From NCBI RefSeq assembly GCF_055900595.2, contig NZ_CM148325.1: 64,000 nt of DNA; one strand, written 5' to 3'. The position numbers and the translations under genes were made by a program. How positions within the stretch are numbered: position 1 is the stretch's first letter; each line of letters begins with the position of its first letter. Below, one piece after another: positions 1-11,865 of the stretch. The notes beneath the pieces were generated by a model that made no database searches, was not told the origin of the DNA, and was given only the letters and a program-made list of their open reading frames with translations.

Positions 1-1
1 T

Positions 2-619
2 ATTGAATTTGCGCTTGGCAAGCAGGTATTAAAGTTTGGCGAGTTTACGCTGAAGTCCGGGCGCAAAAGCCCCTATTTCTTCAACGCCGGGCTGTTTAAT
101 ACCGGGCGCGATCTGGCACTGTTAGGCCGTTTTTACGCTGAAGCGTTAGTGGATTCCGGCATTGAGTTCGATCTGCTGTTTGGCCCTGCTTACAAAGGGA
201 TCCCGATTGCCACCACAACTGCCGTGGCGCTGGCGGAGCATCATGACCTGGACCTGCCGTACTGCTTTAACCGCAAAGAAGCAAAAGACCACGGTGAAGG
301 CGGCAATCTGGTTGGTAGCGCGTTACAAGGACGCGTAATGCTGGTGGATGATGTGATCACCGCCGGAACGGCGATTCGCGAGTCGATGGAAATTATTCAG
401 GCCAATGGCGCGACGCTTGCTGGTGTATTGATTTCGCTCGATCGTCAGGAGCGTGGTCGCGGCGAGATTTCGGCAATTCAGGAAGTTGAGCGTGATTACA
501 ACTGCAAAGTGATCTCTATCATCACCCTGAAAGACCTGATTGCTTATCTTGAAGAGAAGCCGGAAATGGCGGAACATCTGGCGGCGGTTAAGGCCTATCG
601 CGAAGAGTTCGGCGTTTAA
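2..619 (+). CDS. pyrE: orotate phosphoribosyltransferase, 5' end cut by window edge
   Basis: Frame from nt 2 translates [30 protein letters not shown]..., continuous with the track ORF 149..619 and ending ...AYREEFGV; matches PyrE as I remember it. Confidence 0.95.
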   Translation: MEFALGKQVLKFGEFTLKSGRKSPYFFNAGLFNTGRDLALLGRFYAEALVDSGIEFDLLFGPAYKGIPIATTTAVALAEHHDLDLPYCFNRKEAKDHGEGGNLVGSALQGRVMLVDDVITAGTAIRESMEIIQANGATLAGVLISLDRQERGRGEISAIQEVERDYNCKVISIITLKDLIAYLEEKPEMAEHLAAVKAYREEFGV

Positions 620-626
620 AAATATG

Positions 627-655
627 CGCTGCGCAGGTTTTTACTGTGCGCAGCG
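627..655. terminator. perfect 9-bp inverted repeat (cgctgcgca / tgcgcagcg) just after pyrE stop; likely pyrE terminator or attenuator-like hairpin
   Basis: Inverted repeat read directly; no strong T-run after it. Confidence 0.45.
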
Positions 656-689
656 TGATGCGGTTTAAGATATCGTGTTAATCTGCTTT

Positions 690-883
690 CGCCAGCAGTG
701 GCAATAGCGTTTCCGGCCTTTTGTGCCGGGAGGGTCGGCGAGTCGCCGACTTAACGCCAGTAGTTTGTCCAGATACCCAAAGTCGCTCCATTGTACTTAA
801 GTACGCTTCGCGTACGTCGCGCTGACGCGCTCAGTACAGTTACGCGCCTTCGGGATAGTTTGAGGGTATTGCCGCTGTTGGTG
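690..883 (+). ncRNA. msr-msd: retron msr-msd locus (template for msDNA), bounded by a1/a2 inverted repeats
   Basis: a1 (cgccagcagtggcaatagc, ~690-708) and a2 (ggtattgccgctgttggtg, ~865-883) can pair over about 18 of 19 positions as RNA including G-U wobbles; several internal palindromes (gtcggcg/cgccgac, gtacgc/gcgtac, gcgc-tgac-gcgc) typical of msd stem-loops; lies immediately 5' of an RT ORF. Confidence 0.7.
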
Positions 884-915
884 CCTCTTTTGGTCGCCGT
901 GATGTGGAGAGTGGA

Positions 916-1875
916 ATGGATGCTACCCGGATAACCCTTCTGGCGCTTGATTTGTTCGGCTCGCCGGGCTGGAGCGCCGATAAAGAAATACAGCGGCTGT
1001 ATGCGCTCAGTAATCATGCCGCACGCCATTACCGACGGATTATTCTTTCTAAGCGTCACGGCGGTCAGCGGGTGGTGTTAGCCCCTGATTACTTGCTCAA
1101 AACCGTACAGCGCAACATTCTTAAGAACGTCCTTTCACAATTCCCTCTTTCCCCTTTTGCTACCGCCTACCGACAGGGTCGCCCAATCGTCAGCAACGCG
1201 CAGCCTCACTGCCAACAGCCGCAGATCCTTAAACTCGATATCGAAAACTTTTTCGATAGCATTAGCTGGTTACAGGTCTGGCGTGTGTTTAGCCAGACCC
1301 AGTTGCCACGCAATGTGGTAACCATGCTGACCTGGCTTTGTTGCTATAACGACGCGTTACCGCAGGGGGCGCCAACTTCGCCTGCCATTTCCAATCTTGT
1401 GATGCGCCGTTTTGATGAGTGCATAGGGGAATGGTGTCAGGCTCGGGGAATTACCTACACCCGCTACTGCGATGACATGACCTTTTCTGGTCACTTCAAT
1501 GCCCGCCAGGTTAAAAATAAAGTATGCGGATTGTTAGCGGAGCTGGGCCTGAGCCTCAATCAACGCAAAAGTTGCCTGATAGCTGCCTGTAAGCGCCAGC
1601 AGGTAACCGGGATTGTTGTTAATCACAAGCCACAGCTTGCCCGTGAAGCGCGCCGGGCGCTGCGTCAGGAAGTACACTTGTGCCAAAAATATGGCGTTAT
1701 TTCGCATCTTAGTCATCGTGGTGAACTTGATCCTTCTGGCGATCTCCACGCACAGGCAACGGCGTATCTTTATGCTTTGCAGGGAAGAATAAACTGGTTA
1801 TTGCAAATCAATCCTGAGGATGAGGCCTTTAAACAGGCGAGGGTGAGTGTAAAGCGAATGCTGGTGGCATGGTAA
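916..1875 (+). CDS. retron-type reverse transcriptase (Ec107-like), 319 aa from ATG at 916
   Basis: Track ORF 904..1875; RT motifs QGAPTSPAISNL and YCDDMTFSG (YxDD box); GGAG Shine-Dalgarno 6 nt before the ATG at 916; position between pyrE and slmA matches the described retron-Ec107 site. Confidence 0.85.
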   Translation: MDATRITLLALDLFGSPGWSADKEIQRLYALSNHAARHYRRIILSKRHGGQRVVLAPDYLLKTVQRNILKNVLSQFPLSPFATAYRQGRPIVSNAQPHCQQPQILKLDIENFFDSISWLQVWRVFSQTQLPRNVVTMLTWLCCYNDALPQGAPTSPAISNLVMRRFDECIGEWCQARGITYTRYCDDMTFSGHFNARQVKNKVCGLLAELGLSLNQRKSCLIAACKRQQVTGIVVNHKPQLAREARRALRQEVHLCQKYGVISHLSHRGELDPSGDLHAQATAYLYALQGRINWLLQINPEDEAFKQARVSVKRMLVAW

Positions 1876-1883
1876 GAAAAGCG

Positions 1884-1905
1884 TCAGGCAGACGTTTCTG
1901 CCTGA
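1884..1905. terminator. hairpin (tcaggcaga-cgtt-tctgcctga) between convergent RT and slmA
   Basis: Perfect 9-bp stem with 4-nt loop read from sequence. Confidence 0.4.
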
Positions 1906-1918
1906 ACGTTTGGGAGAA

Positions 1919-2515
1919 TTACTGCAACTGCGCAGCAATTAGCGGCCAGCGGGCGTCAAAGTCATCCGTCGGGCGGTATTTAAACTCGCTGCGGACAAAG
2001 CGTGACAGCATACCTTCACAGAAGGCCAGGATCTGGCTTGCCAGCAGGGTTTCGTCGGTGGTGTAACCTTCACCCTCACGCATTCTCTTTTCACGCAATA
2101 CCTGACGCAACTGCGCTTCAATACGCTCGAATAGCTGGTTGATGCGCCCTTGCAGGCGATCCTGTTCAAACATTAGTGCATGACCAGTGAGGATGCGGGT
2201 CAGGCCAGGATTACGCTCACCAAAACCGAGAAGCAGCAACACAATCAGACGCAGGCGCGCTGTGGTGTCTTTCTCATCTTTCAGAATCAGATTGATGCGA
2301 GTAATCAGGCTATCTTCGATAAACTCAATCAGGCTATCGAACATGCGGGTCTTACTGGGGAAGTGGCGATACAGTGCCGCTTCGGAAACGCCGACAGAGG
2401 CGGCCAGTTTTGCCGTCGTGATACGTTGGCTTCCATCGCTGGATTCCAGCATCAGCGCCAGAGACTGAAGTATTTCCTCGCGACGGTTCCTTTTCGCAGT
2501 TTGTTTTTCTGCCAT
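1919..2515 (-). CDS. slmA: nucleoid occlusion factor SlmA (TetR family), 198 aa
   Basis: Track ORF 1919..2557; start placed at [19 protein letters not shown]... (ATG at 2513-2515). Confidence 0.9.
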
Positions 2516-2620
2516 GTTACAAAATACCCCTGAAAATAAGCACTTGCCAGGCGGCACCCACGCTATGACCGCAAACGAAATGTTTGCGGCTATGTTATGA
2601 CGTTATTCGGATGCGTAGTG

Positions 2621-3079
2621 TTACTGACGACCAGAGTGACCAAAGCCGCCTTCACCGCGGTCGGTGGCGTCGAAATCTTCCACCAGATTAAATTCAGCCT
2701 GTACTACCGGAACAAAAATCATCTGGGCGATGCGTTCGCCAGGTTGAATGGTGAAGCTGTCCTGACCACGGTTCCACACGGAAATCATCAACTGGCCCTG
2801 ATAGTCAGAATCGATCAATCCTACCAGGTTACCAAGCACGATACCGTGCTTATGTCCCAATCCGGAGCGCGGCAGCATCATTGCCGCCAGTGAAGGATCG
2901 GCAATATGAATCGCCAGCCCGGTCGGAACCAGCGTAGTGTCACCCGGAGCCAGTTCTACGGCGTCGTCGAGACAGGCACGCAGGTCAAGTCCGGCAGAGC
3001 CAGAGGTGGCATAAGTCGGGAGCGGAAATTCCTTCCCAACGCGCGGGTCCAGAATCTTAACGTCGATTTTTTTCATCAT
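2621..3079 (-). CDS. dut: dUTP diphosphatase
   Basis: [36 protein letters not shown]...; 152-aa ORF. Confidence 0.95.
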
Positions 3080-4277
3080 AACGGGTCACGATCTCGTCGA
3101 GTAATAATTGGCCAAGGAGCTCTTTGCGCTCAAGCGGTAAGACTTTATCTCCGTCCTGCCAGAAAAGGTGTAATGCGTTGTTGTCGCTGTTAAATCCTTG
3201 AGTTGGCTGGGAAACATCGTTCGCGCAGATCAGATCAAGGTTTTTACGGATACGTTTTTGCCGGGCGTATTCTTCCACATTATTTGTTTCGGCGGCAAAT
3301 CCAACGACGTAGGGTCGATGGTCTTTTAGTGCGGCAACGCCTGCGACGATATCGGGGTTTTTAACCATTTTTATTGTTAATTCATCACCCTGCGTGGCCT
3401 GCTTTTTGATTTTCTCTGGGGCTACGGTAGCTGCGCGATAATCCGCCACGGCGGCGCAACCGATAAAAATATTTTGCTGCTGTACAGAAGCATTTACGGC
3501 GGCTTCCATTTCCAGCGCAGTCATTACATCAACACGTTTAACAAACGGTGGCGTCGGTAGCGAAACCGGACCTGATACCAGTGTGACGTTCGCGCCACGA
3601 CGGGCAGCAGCAGCAGCGATAGCAAACCCCATCTTGCCGGAGCTGTGATTAGAGATATAACGCACCGGGTCAAGCGGTTCACGCGTCGGGCCGGCGGTAA
3701 TCATAATGTTCAGATGTTTCAGGTCGTTGACGGGCGAAAAATGTGCTACCGCCATATCAACAATGGTTAACGGATCGAGCATTCGCCCAGGGCCGATATC
3801 ACCACAAGCCTGACTGCCGCTATCTGGCCCCCAGATGAGCAAACCACGCGAGGCAAGCAGCTCTAAATTATGCTGCGTGGCAGCTGCACGGTACATCTGC
3901 TGGTTCATGGCGGGCAGCACGGCTACAGGCGCAGGTGTAGCCAGGCAAATCGTCGATACCAGGTCATTCGCCATTCCGGCAGCAACACGGGCAATCAAAT
4001 CTGCCGTGGCAGGGGCGAGAATCACTAAATCAGCCCATTTACCCAGCTCAATATGGCCCATAGCGGCTTCGGCTGCCGGGTCAAGCAGACTGTCGGAAAC
4101 GGGATACCCCGAAACTGCCTGCAAGCTAAGTGGGGTAATAAAGGCTTTTGCCGCTTCGGTCATGGCTACGCGGACGTCGGCCCCGCGATCGCGCAAACGA
4201 CGCGCCAGTTCAGGGGTTTTATAGGCAGCAATACCGCCGCTGACGCCGAGAACGATTTTTTTACCGGCCAGGCTCAT
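3057..4277 (-). CDS. coaBC: bifunctional phosphopantothenoylcysteine decarboxylase/synthetase CoaBC
   Basis: Track ORF 3057..4349; start placed at [20 protein letters not shown]; 3' end overlaps dut start. Confidence 0.93.
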
Positions 4278-4448
4278 GATGATTTTTCCTGTTGGGTGAC
4301 ACCAGAAGTTGGCGATTTTATCACAATACTTTTGTTGTCGTGCCTTCACCTGAAAATCACTTTGCGAGGCGCTTTCCAGGATTGAAAACTGACCGTCGAT
4401 TTAACGGAACGGCTATGACAGGATGCGAGCACCACAAAGGAGGTGAAG

Positions 4449-5117
4449 GTGAAAAACAATGCACAGCTGTTGATGCCGCGCGAAAAAATGCTGAAGTTTG
4501 GCATTGGTGCGTTAACGGATGTTGAGCTGCTGGCGCTATTTCTGCGTACCGGAACGCGCGGTAAAGATGTATTAACCCTGGCAAAAGAGATGCTGGAGAA
4601 TTTCGGCTCTCTTTATGGCTTGTTAACCTCTGAATATGAACAATTTAGCGGTGTTCATGGAATTGGTGTGGCGAAGTTCGCTCAGTTAAAGGGGATTGCT
4701 GAACTGGCGCGGCGTTACTACAACGTGCGGATGCGTGAAGAAAGCCCTTTACTCAGCCCGGAGATGACGAGGGAATTTTTACAAAGCCAGCTCACGGGCG
4801 AGGAGCGGGAGATCTTTATGGTGATCTTTCTCGACTCCCAACACAGGGTTATAACGCATAGCCGTCTTTTTTCCGGCACGCTAAACCATGTTGAAGTCCA
4901 TCCTCGGGAAATTATCCGCGAAGCGATAAAAATAAACGCCTCGGCGCTGATCCTTGCACATAATCACCCTTCGGGTTGTGCTGAACCCAGTAAAGCGGAT
5001 AAACTCATTACCGAACGGATAATAAAAAGTTGTCAGTTCATGGATTTACGCGTGCTCGACCATATCGTGATTGGGCGTGGAGAGTATGTTTCTTTTGCCG
5101 AACGCGGCTGGATTTAA
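4449..5117 (+). CDS. yicR: UPF0758/RadC-like JAB-domain protein YicR
   Basis: Track ORF 4443..5117; start moved to GTG at 4449 ([15 protein letters not shown]...) behind an AGGAGG SD; HNHPSG JAMM-like motif present. Confidence 0.85.
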   Translation: MKNNAQLLMPREKMLKFGIGALTDVELLALFLRTGTRGKDVLTLAKEMLENFGSLYGLLTSEYEQFSGVHGIGVAKFAQLKGIAELARRYYNVRMREESPLLSPEMTREFLQSQLTGEEREIFMVIFLDSQHRVITHSRLFSGTLNHVEVHPREIIREAIKINASALILAHNHPSGCAEPSKADKLITERIIKSCQFMDLRVLDHIVIGRGEYVSFAERGWI

Positions 5118-5312
5118 CCCGCTATGCGCGATCCTTCGGGATCTTTGTCTGTTCGGGACTTGAGCACATCGCTGAGTCAGCGTATACTACGCCACCTTTG
5201 AGAATCTCGGGTTTGGCATTTGGGCCTGGCAATCGAGAGTTCACATAGAACTGCGATGACCGGGCTGTAAAGCCTGACGAGGCGCCAATACCCCATACGA
5301 AGCTCGAGCTAA

Positions 5313-5570
<258 letters not shown>

Positions 5571-5587
5571 GTACTTAGAGGAAATAA

Positions 5588-5758
<171 letters not shown>

Positions 5759-5780
5759 TTCTCGCTTTGATGTAACGAAA

Positions 5781-5806
5781 AACCTCGCTCCGGCGGGGTT
5801 TTTTGT
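5781..5806 (+). terminator. rho-independent terminator after rpmBG
   Basis: 8-bp stem (aacctcgc / gcggggtt, one G-U) with 4-nt loop followed by T-run. Confidence 0.6.
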
Positions 5807-5855
5807 TATCTGCTTGCCCCCATATTGACTGCATCTGTTGATTCCTGGAGATGCT

Positions 5856-6665
5856 ATGCCTGAATTACCCGAAGTTGAAACCAGCCGCCGCGGCATAGAA
5901 CCGCATCTCGTTGGTGCAACCATTCTTCATGCGGTGGTGCGCAACGGACGCCTGCGCTGGCCGGTTTCGGAAGAGATCTACCGTTTAAGCGACCAACCAG
6001 TGCTTAGCGTGCAGCGCCGGGCTAAATATCTGCTGCTGGAGCTGCCTGAGGGCTGGATTATCATTCATTTAGGGATGTCTGGCAGCCTGCGCATCCTTCC
6101 AGAAGAGCTTCCCCCTGAAAAGCATGACCATGTTGATTTGGTGATGAGCAACGGCAAAGTGCTACGCTACACCGATCCGCGCCGCTTTGGTGCCTGGCTG
6201 TGGACCAAAGAGCTGGAAGGGCACAACGTGCTGGCCCATCTTGGACCGGAGCCGCTTAGTGACGATTTCAACGGTGAGTACCTGCATCAGAAGTGCGCGA
6301 AGAAAAAAACGGCGATTAAACCGTGGCTGATGGATAACAAGCTGGTGGTAGGCGTAGGGAATATCTATGCCAGCGAATCTCTGTTTGCGGCGGGGATCCA
6401 TCCGGATCGGCTGGCGTCATCACTGTCGCTGGCGGAGTGTGAATTGTTAGCTCGGGTGATTAAAGCGGTGTTGCTGCGTTCGATTGAGCAGGGCGGTACA
6501 ACTCTGAAAGATTTTCTGCAAAGTGATGGTAAACCGGGCTATTTCGCTCAGGAATTGCAGGTTTACGGGCGAAAAGGCGAGCCGTGTCGGGTGTGCGGTA
6601 CGCCGATTGTGGCGACGAAACATGCGCAGCGGGCAACGTTTTATTGTCGGCAGTGCCAGAAGTAA
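5856..6665 (+). CDS. mutM: formamidopyrimidine-DNA glycosylase
   Basis: Start at [14 protein letters not shown]-terminal zinc finger [26 protein letters not shown]. Confidence 0.95.
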
Positions 6666-6703
6666 TTGATGCGCGCCGGATGGCATACCATCCGGCATAA
6701 ACG

Positions 6704-8468
<1,765 letters not shown>

Positions 8469-8819
8469 AGTAAATAGCTGACTTATGGATGTGCTGGGGA
8501 TTCTATGTATTTAGCTGTGGCTTTACCATTACTTTTCCCGTTTTTGACTTAAATAGCAATTTACCCACCAATTCTTGCTGAACATCTATACTTTTTTTGT
8601 ATTTTTATGCGATTCATTGATTTCCGCAGTACGTGCAGTAAGGAATCGCGGAGCAACAGTGAAAGAATATTGTTGCTAATGATTTTATTTGATTGATTTC
8701 TTTATTGAAAAACAACGATGTGCTTAAAAATCATTCGGATCGGATTGCCGCGAAAGAAGTGATACACTAGCGCGTCAATATCAGTACGGTATCAGTATTC
8801 AGGTAGCTGTTGAGCCTGG

Positions 8820-8831
8820 GGCGGTAGCGTG
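8820..8831 (+). promoter_or_regulatory. ops element (GGCGGTAGCGTG) in the waaQ leader, expected RfaH recruitment site within a JUMPstart-like region
   Basis: Exact ops 12-mer read about 50 nt upstream of waaQ start. Confidence 0.8.
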
Positions 8832-8880
8832 CTTTTTCTGCTTCACCTTAATCGGATAATCTCAACAAAAAGAGTTACTT

Positions 8881-9939
8881 GTGGATAAGCCATTTCGAAG
8901 AATTTTGCTCATTAAGATGCGTTTTCATGGGGATATGTTATTAACTACTCCTGTCATTAGTTCGCTGAAAAAAAATTACCCTGACGCAAAAATCGATGTG
9001 CTGCTTTATCAGGATACCATCCCGATTCTGTCTGAAAATCCAGAGATTAACGCGCTCTACGGCATAAAAAATAAAAAAGCAAAAGCCTCAGAGAAAATTT
9101 CCAACTTTTTTCATCTCATCAAGGTATTACGTGCCAATAAGTATGACCTTATCGTCAATCTTACCGATCAATGGATGGTTGCTATACTGGTTCGCTTATT
9201 AAATGCCCGTGTGAAAATTTCCCAGGATTATCATCATCGGCAGTCTGCTTTTTGGCGTAAAAGCTTCACCCATCTGGTGCCGTTGCAGGGTGGAAATGTG
9301 GTGGAAAGTAACTTATCCGTGCTGACGCCACTGGGTCTCGAATCGTTGGTGAAGCAGACAACGATGAGTTACCCGCCTGCAAGCTGGAAACGAATGCGTC
9401 GCGAACTGGATCACGCAGGTGTTGGACAAAATTATGTGGTTATCCAACCTACCGCGCGGCAAATCTTCAAATGCTGGGACAACGCCAAGTTTTCCGCTGT
9501 GATTGATGCCTTACATACACGTGGCTATGAAGTCGTTCTGACGTCCGGCCCGGATAAAGACGATCTGGCCTGCGTCAATGAAATTGCGCAGGGATGCCAG
9601 ACGCCACCAGTAACGGCGTTGGCCGGAAAGGTAACCTTCCCGGAACTTGGTGCGTTAATCGATCATGCGCAGCTGTTTATTGGCGTTGATTCCGCACCGG
9701 CGCACATTGCCGCTGCAGTTAATACGCCGCTGATATCGCTGTTTGGTGCAACAGACCATATTTTCTGGCGTCCCTGGTCAAATAACATGATTCAATTCTG
9801 GGCGGGAGATTACCGGGAAATGCCAACACGCGATCAGCGTGACCGAAATGAGATGTATCTTTCGGTTATTCCGGCGGCAGATGTCATTGCTGCTGTTGAT
9901 AAATTATTGCCATCCTCCACGACAGGTACGTCGTTATGA
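8881..9939 (+). CDS. waaQ: LPS heptosyltransferase III (GT9)
   Basis: ...MRFHGDMLLTTPVISSLKKNYPDAKIDVLLYQDTIPIL...; start ambiguous (GTG 8881 or ATG 8917). Confidence 0.85.
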   Translation: MDKPFRRILLIKMRFHGDMLLTTPVISSLKKNYPDAKIDVLLYQDTIPILSENPEINALYGIKNKKAKASEKISNFFHLIKVLRANKYDLIVNLTDQWMVAILVRLLNARVKISQDYHHRQSAFWRKSFTHLVPLQGGNVVESNLSVLTPLGLESLVKQTTMSYPPASWKRMRRELDHAGVGQNYVVIQPTARQIFKCWDNAKFSAVIDALHTRGYEVVLTSGPDKDDLACVNEIAQGCQTPPVTALAGKVTFPELGALIDHAQLFIGVDSAPAHIAAAVNTPLISLFGATDHIFWRPWSNNMIQFWAGDYREMPTRDQRDRNEMYLSVIPAADVIAAVDKLLPSSTTGTSL

Positions 9940-11060
9940 TCGTTGCTTTCTGTTTATATAAATATTTTCCCTTTGGCGGTTTGCAACGCGATTTTATGCG
10001 TATTGCTCAGACAGTTGCGGCCCGAGGGCATCATGTTCGGGTTTATGCCCAGTCATGGGAAGGCGAATGCCCTGATGTGTTTGAACTGATCAACGTGCCG
10101 GTTAAGTCGCATACCAATCACGGGCGTAACGCGGAGTATTTTGCCTGGGTGCAAAAACATTTACGCGAGCATCCGGTCGATAAAGTCGTTGGATTCAACA
10201 AAATGCCGGGGCTGGACGTTTATTATGCCGCTGATGTTTGTTATGCCGAGAAAGTGGCGCAGGAGAAAGGCTTTTTCTATCGCCTGACGTCACGTTATCG
10301 CCATTATGCCGCCTTTGAGCGGGCAACCTTTGAACAGGGCAAGCCGACACAGTTGCTGATGCTGACGGACAAGCAAATCGCCGATTTCCAGAAACATTAT
10401 CAGACTGAAGCGGAGCGTTTTCATATTTTGCCTCCGGGGATTTATCCTGACCGTAAATATAGCCAGCAGCCAGCCAATAGCCGTGAAAGCTTTCGTAAGA
10501 AAAATGGAATAACAGAACAACAATATTTATTGTTGCAGGTCGGTTCAGACTTCACGCGTAAAGGTGTCGATCGTTCCATTGAAGCACTTGCTTCGCTCCC
10601 GGATTCACTGCGCCACAACACATTGCTATATGTTGTTGGGCAGGATAAACCGCGAAAATTTGAGGCACTGGCAGAAAAACGCGGCGTGCGCAGTAATGTT
10701 CACTTCTTCTCTGGGCGTAACGATGTCTCGGAATTAATGGCGGCGGCGGATTTATTACTGCATCCTGCCTACCAGGAAGCGGCGGGAATTGTGCTGCTGG
10801 AAGCGATTACTGCAGGATTACCGGTTCTAACAACTGCTGTTTGTGGTTATGCGCATTATATTGTTGACGCGAATTGCGGCGTGGCTATTGCTGAGCCATT
10901 CCGTCAGGAAACATTGAATGAGTTTTTACGCAAAGCGTTAACGCAATCTTCATTGCGCCAGGCCTGGGCGGAAAATGCGCGACATTATGCTGATACACAA
11001 GATTTATACAGTCTGCCAGAGAAAGCGGCGGATATCATAACGGGTGGTCTGGATGGTTGA
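9936..11060 (+). CDS. waaG: LPS core glucosyltransferase I (GT4)
   Basis: 374 aa, [37 protein letters not shown]... Confidence 0.92.
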   Translation: MIVAFCLYKYFPFGGLQRDFMRIAQTVAARGHHVRVYAQSWEGECPDVFELINVPVKSHTNHGRNAEYFAWVQKHLREHPVDKVVGFNKMPGLDVYYAADVCYAEKVAQEKGFFYRLTSRYRHYAAFERATFEQGKPTQLLMLTDKQIADFQKHYQTEAERFHILPPGIYPDRKYSQQPANSRESFRKKNGITEQQYLLLQVGSDFTRKGVDRSIEALASLPDSLRHNTLLYVVGQDKPRKFEALAEKRGVRSNVHFFSGRNDVSELMAAADLLLHPAYQEAAGIVLLEAITAGLPVLTTAVCGYAHYIVDANCGVAIAEPFRQETLNEFLRKALTQSSLRQAWAENARHYADTQDLYSLPEKAADIITGGLDG

Positions 11061-11850
11061 ACTGAAAGAGCCGTTTGCCACGTTATGGCGCGGTAAAGAT
11101 CCTTTTGAGGAAGTTAAAACCTTGCAGGGTGAGGTATTTCGTGAACTGGAAACTCGCCGCACTCTGCGCTTTGAAATGGCGGGCAAAAGCTATTTTCTCA
11201 AATGGCATCGCGGCACGACCCTGAAAGAGATAATCAAAAATTTACTCTCATTGCGGATGCCAGTATTAGGTGCAGACCGTGAATGGAATGCGATTCATCG
11301 GCTGCGGGATGTCGGCGTTGATACTATGTATGGGGTGGCATTCGGCGAAAAAGGCATTAATCCGCTGACCAGAACTTCGTTTATTATTACCGAAGATCTG
11401 ACGCCAACTATCAGTCTGGAAGATTACTGTGCTGACTGGGCGACTAACCCACCAGATGTCCGCGTAAAGCGTATGCTTATTAAACGTGTCGCGACGATGG
11501 TGCGCGATATGCATGCTGCGGGCATTAACCACCGTGACTGTTATATCTGTCATTTCCTGCTGCACTTGCCTTTTTCTGGTAGGGAAGATGAGTTAAAAAT
11601 TTCAGTAATTGACCTGCACCGGGCGCAGCTTCGCACGCGCGTTCCACGTCGTTGGCGCGATAAAGATCTTATTGGGCTTTATTTTTCTTCGATGAATATT
11701 GGCCTGACTCAGCGTGATATCTGGCGATTTATGAAGGTATATTTTGCCGTACCGCTTAAAGACATACTCAAGCAGGAACAAGGGCTGCTGTCGCAAGCAG
11801 AAGCAAAAGCCACGAAAATCAGGGAAAGAACGATTAGAAAATCGTTGTAA
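11053..11850 (+). CDS. waaP: LPS core heptose(I) kinase
   Basis: Start at [21 protein letters not shown]; 265 aa. Confidence 0.92.
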   Translation: MVELKEPFATLWRGKDPFEEVKTLQGEVFRELETRRTLRFEMAGKSYFLKWHRGTTLKEIIKNLLSLRMPVLGADREWNAIHRLRDVGVDTMYGVAFGEKGINPLTRTSFIITEDLTPTISLEDYCADWATNPPDVRVKRMLIKRVATMVRDMHAAGINHRDCYICHFLLHLPFSGREDELKISVIDLHRAQLRTRVPRRWRDKDLIGLYFSSMNIGLTQRDIWRFMKVYFAVPLKDILKQEQGLLSQAEAKATKIRERTIRKSL

Positions 11851-11865
11851 TTTCCGGAGAGAAAT

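Noticed and set aside
1869-2066. 65-aa plus-strand ORF overlapping the RT stop and the slmA 3' end, as a possible retron effector
   Set aside because: Overlaps slmA antisense, has no SD or recognisable fold, and is arginine-rich low complexity; not a credible effector.
4443-4448. Upstream GTG start for yicR (track start 4443) and long N-terminal extensions of coaBC, coaD, gpmI, mtlD, aldB, lldP and envC
   Set aside because: In each case an internal start matching the known protein N-terminus and a Shine-Dalgarno sequence was preferred; the track extensions run into intergenic or REP sequence.
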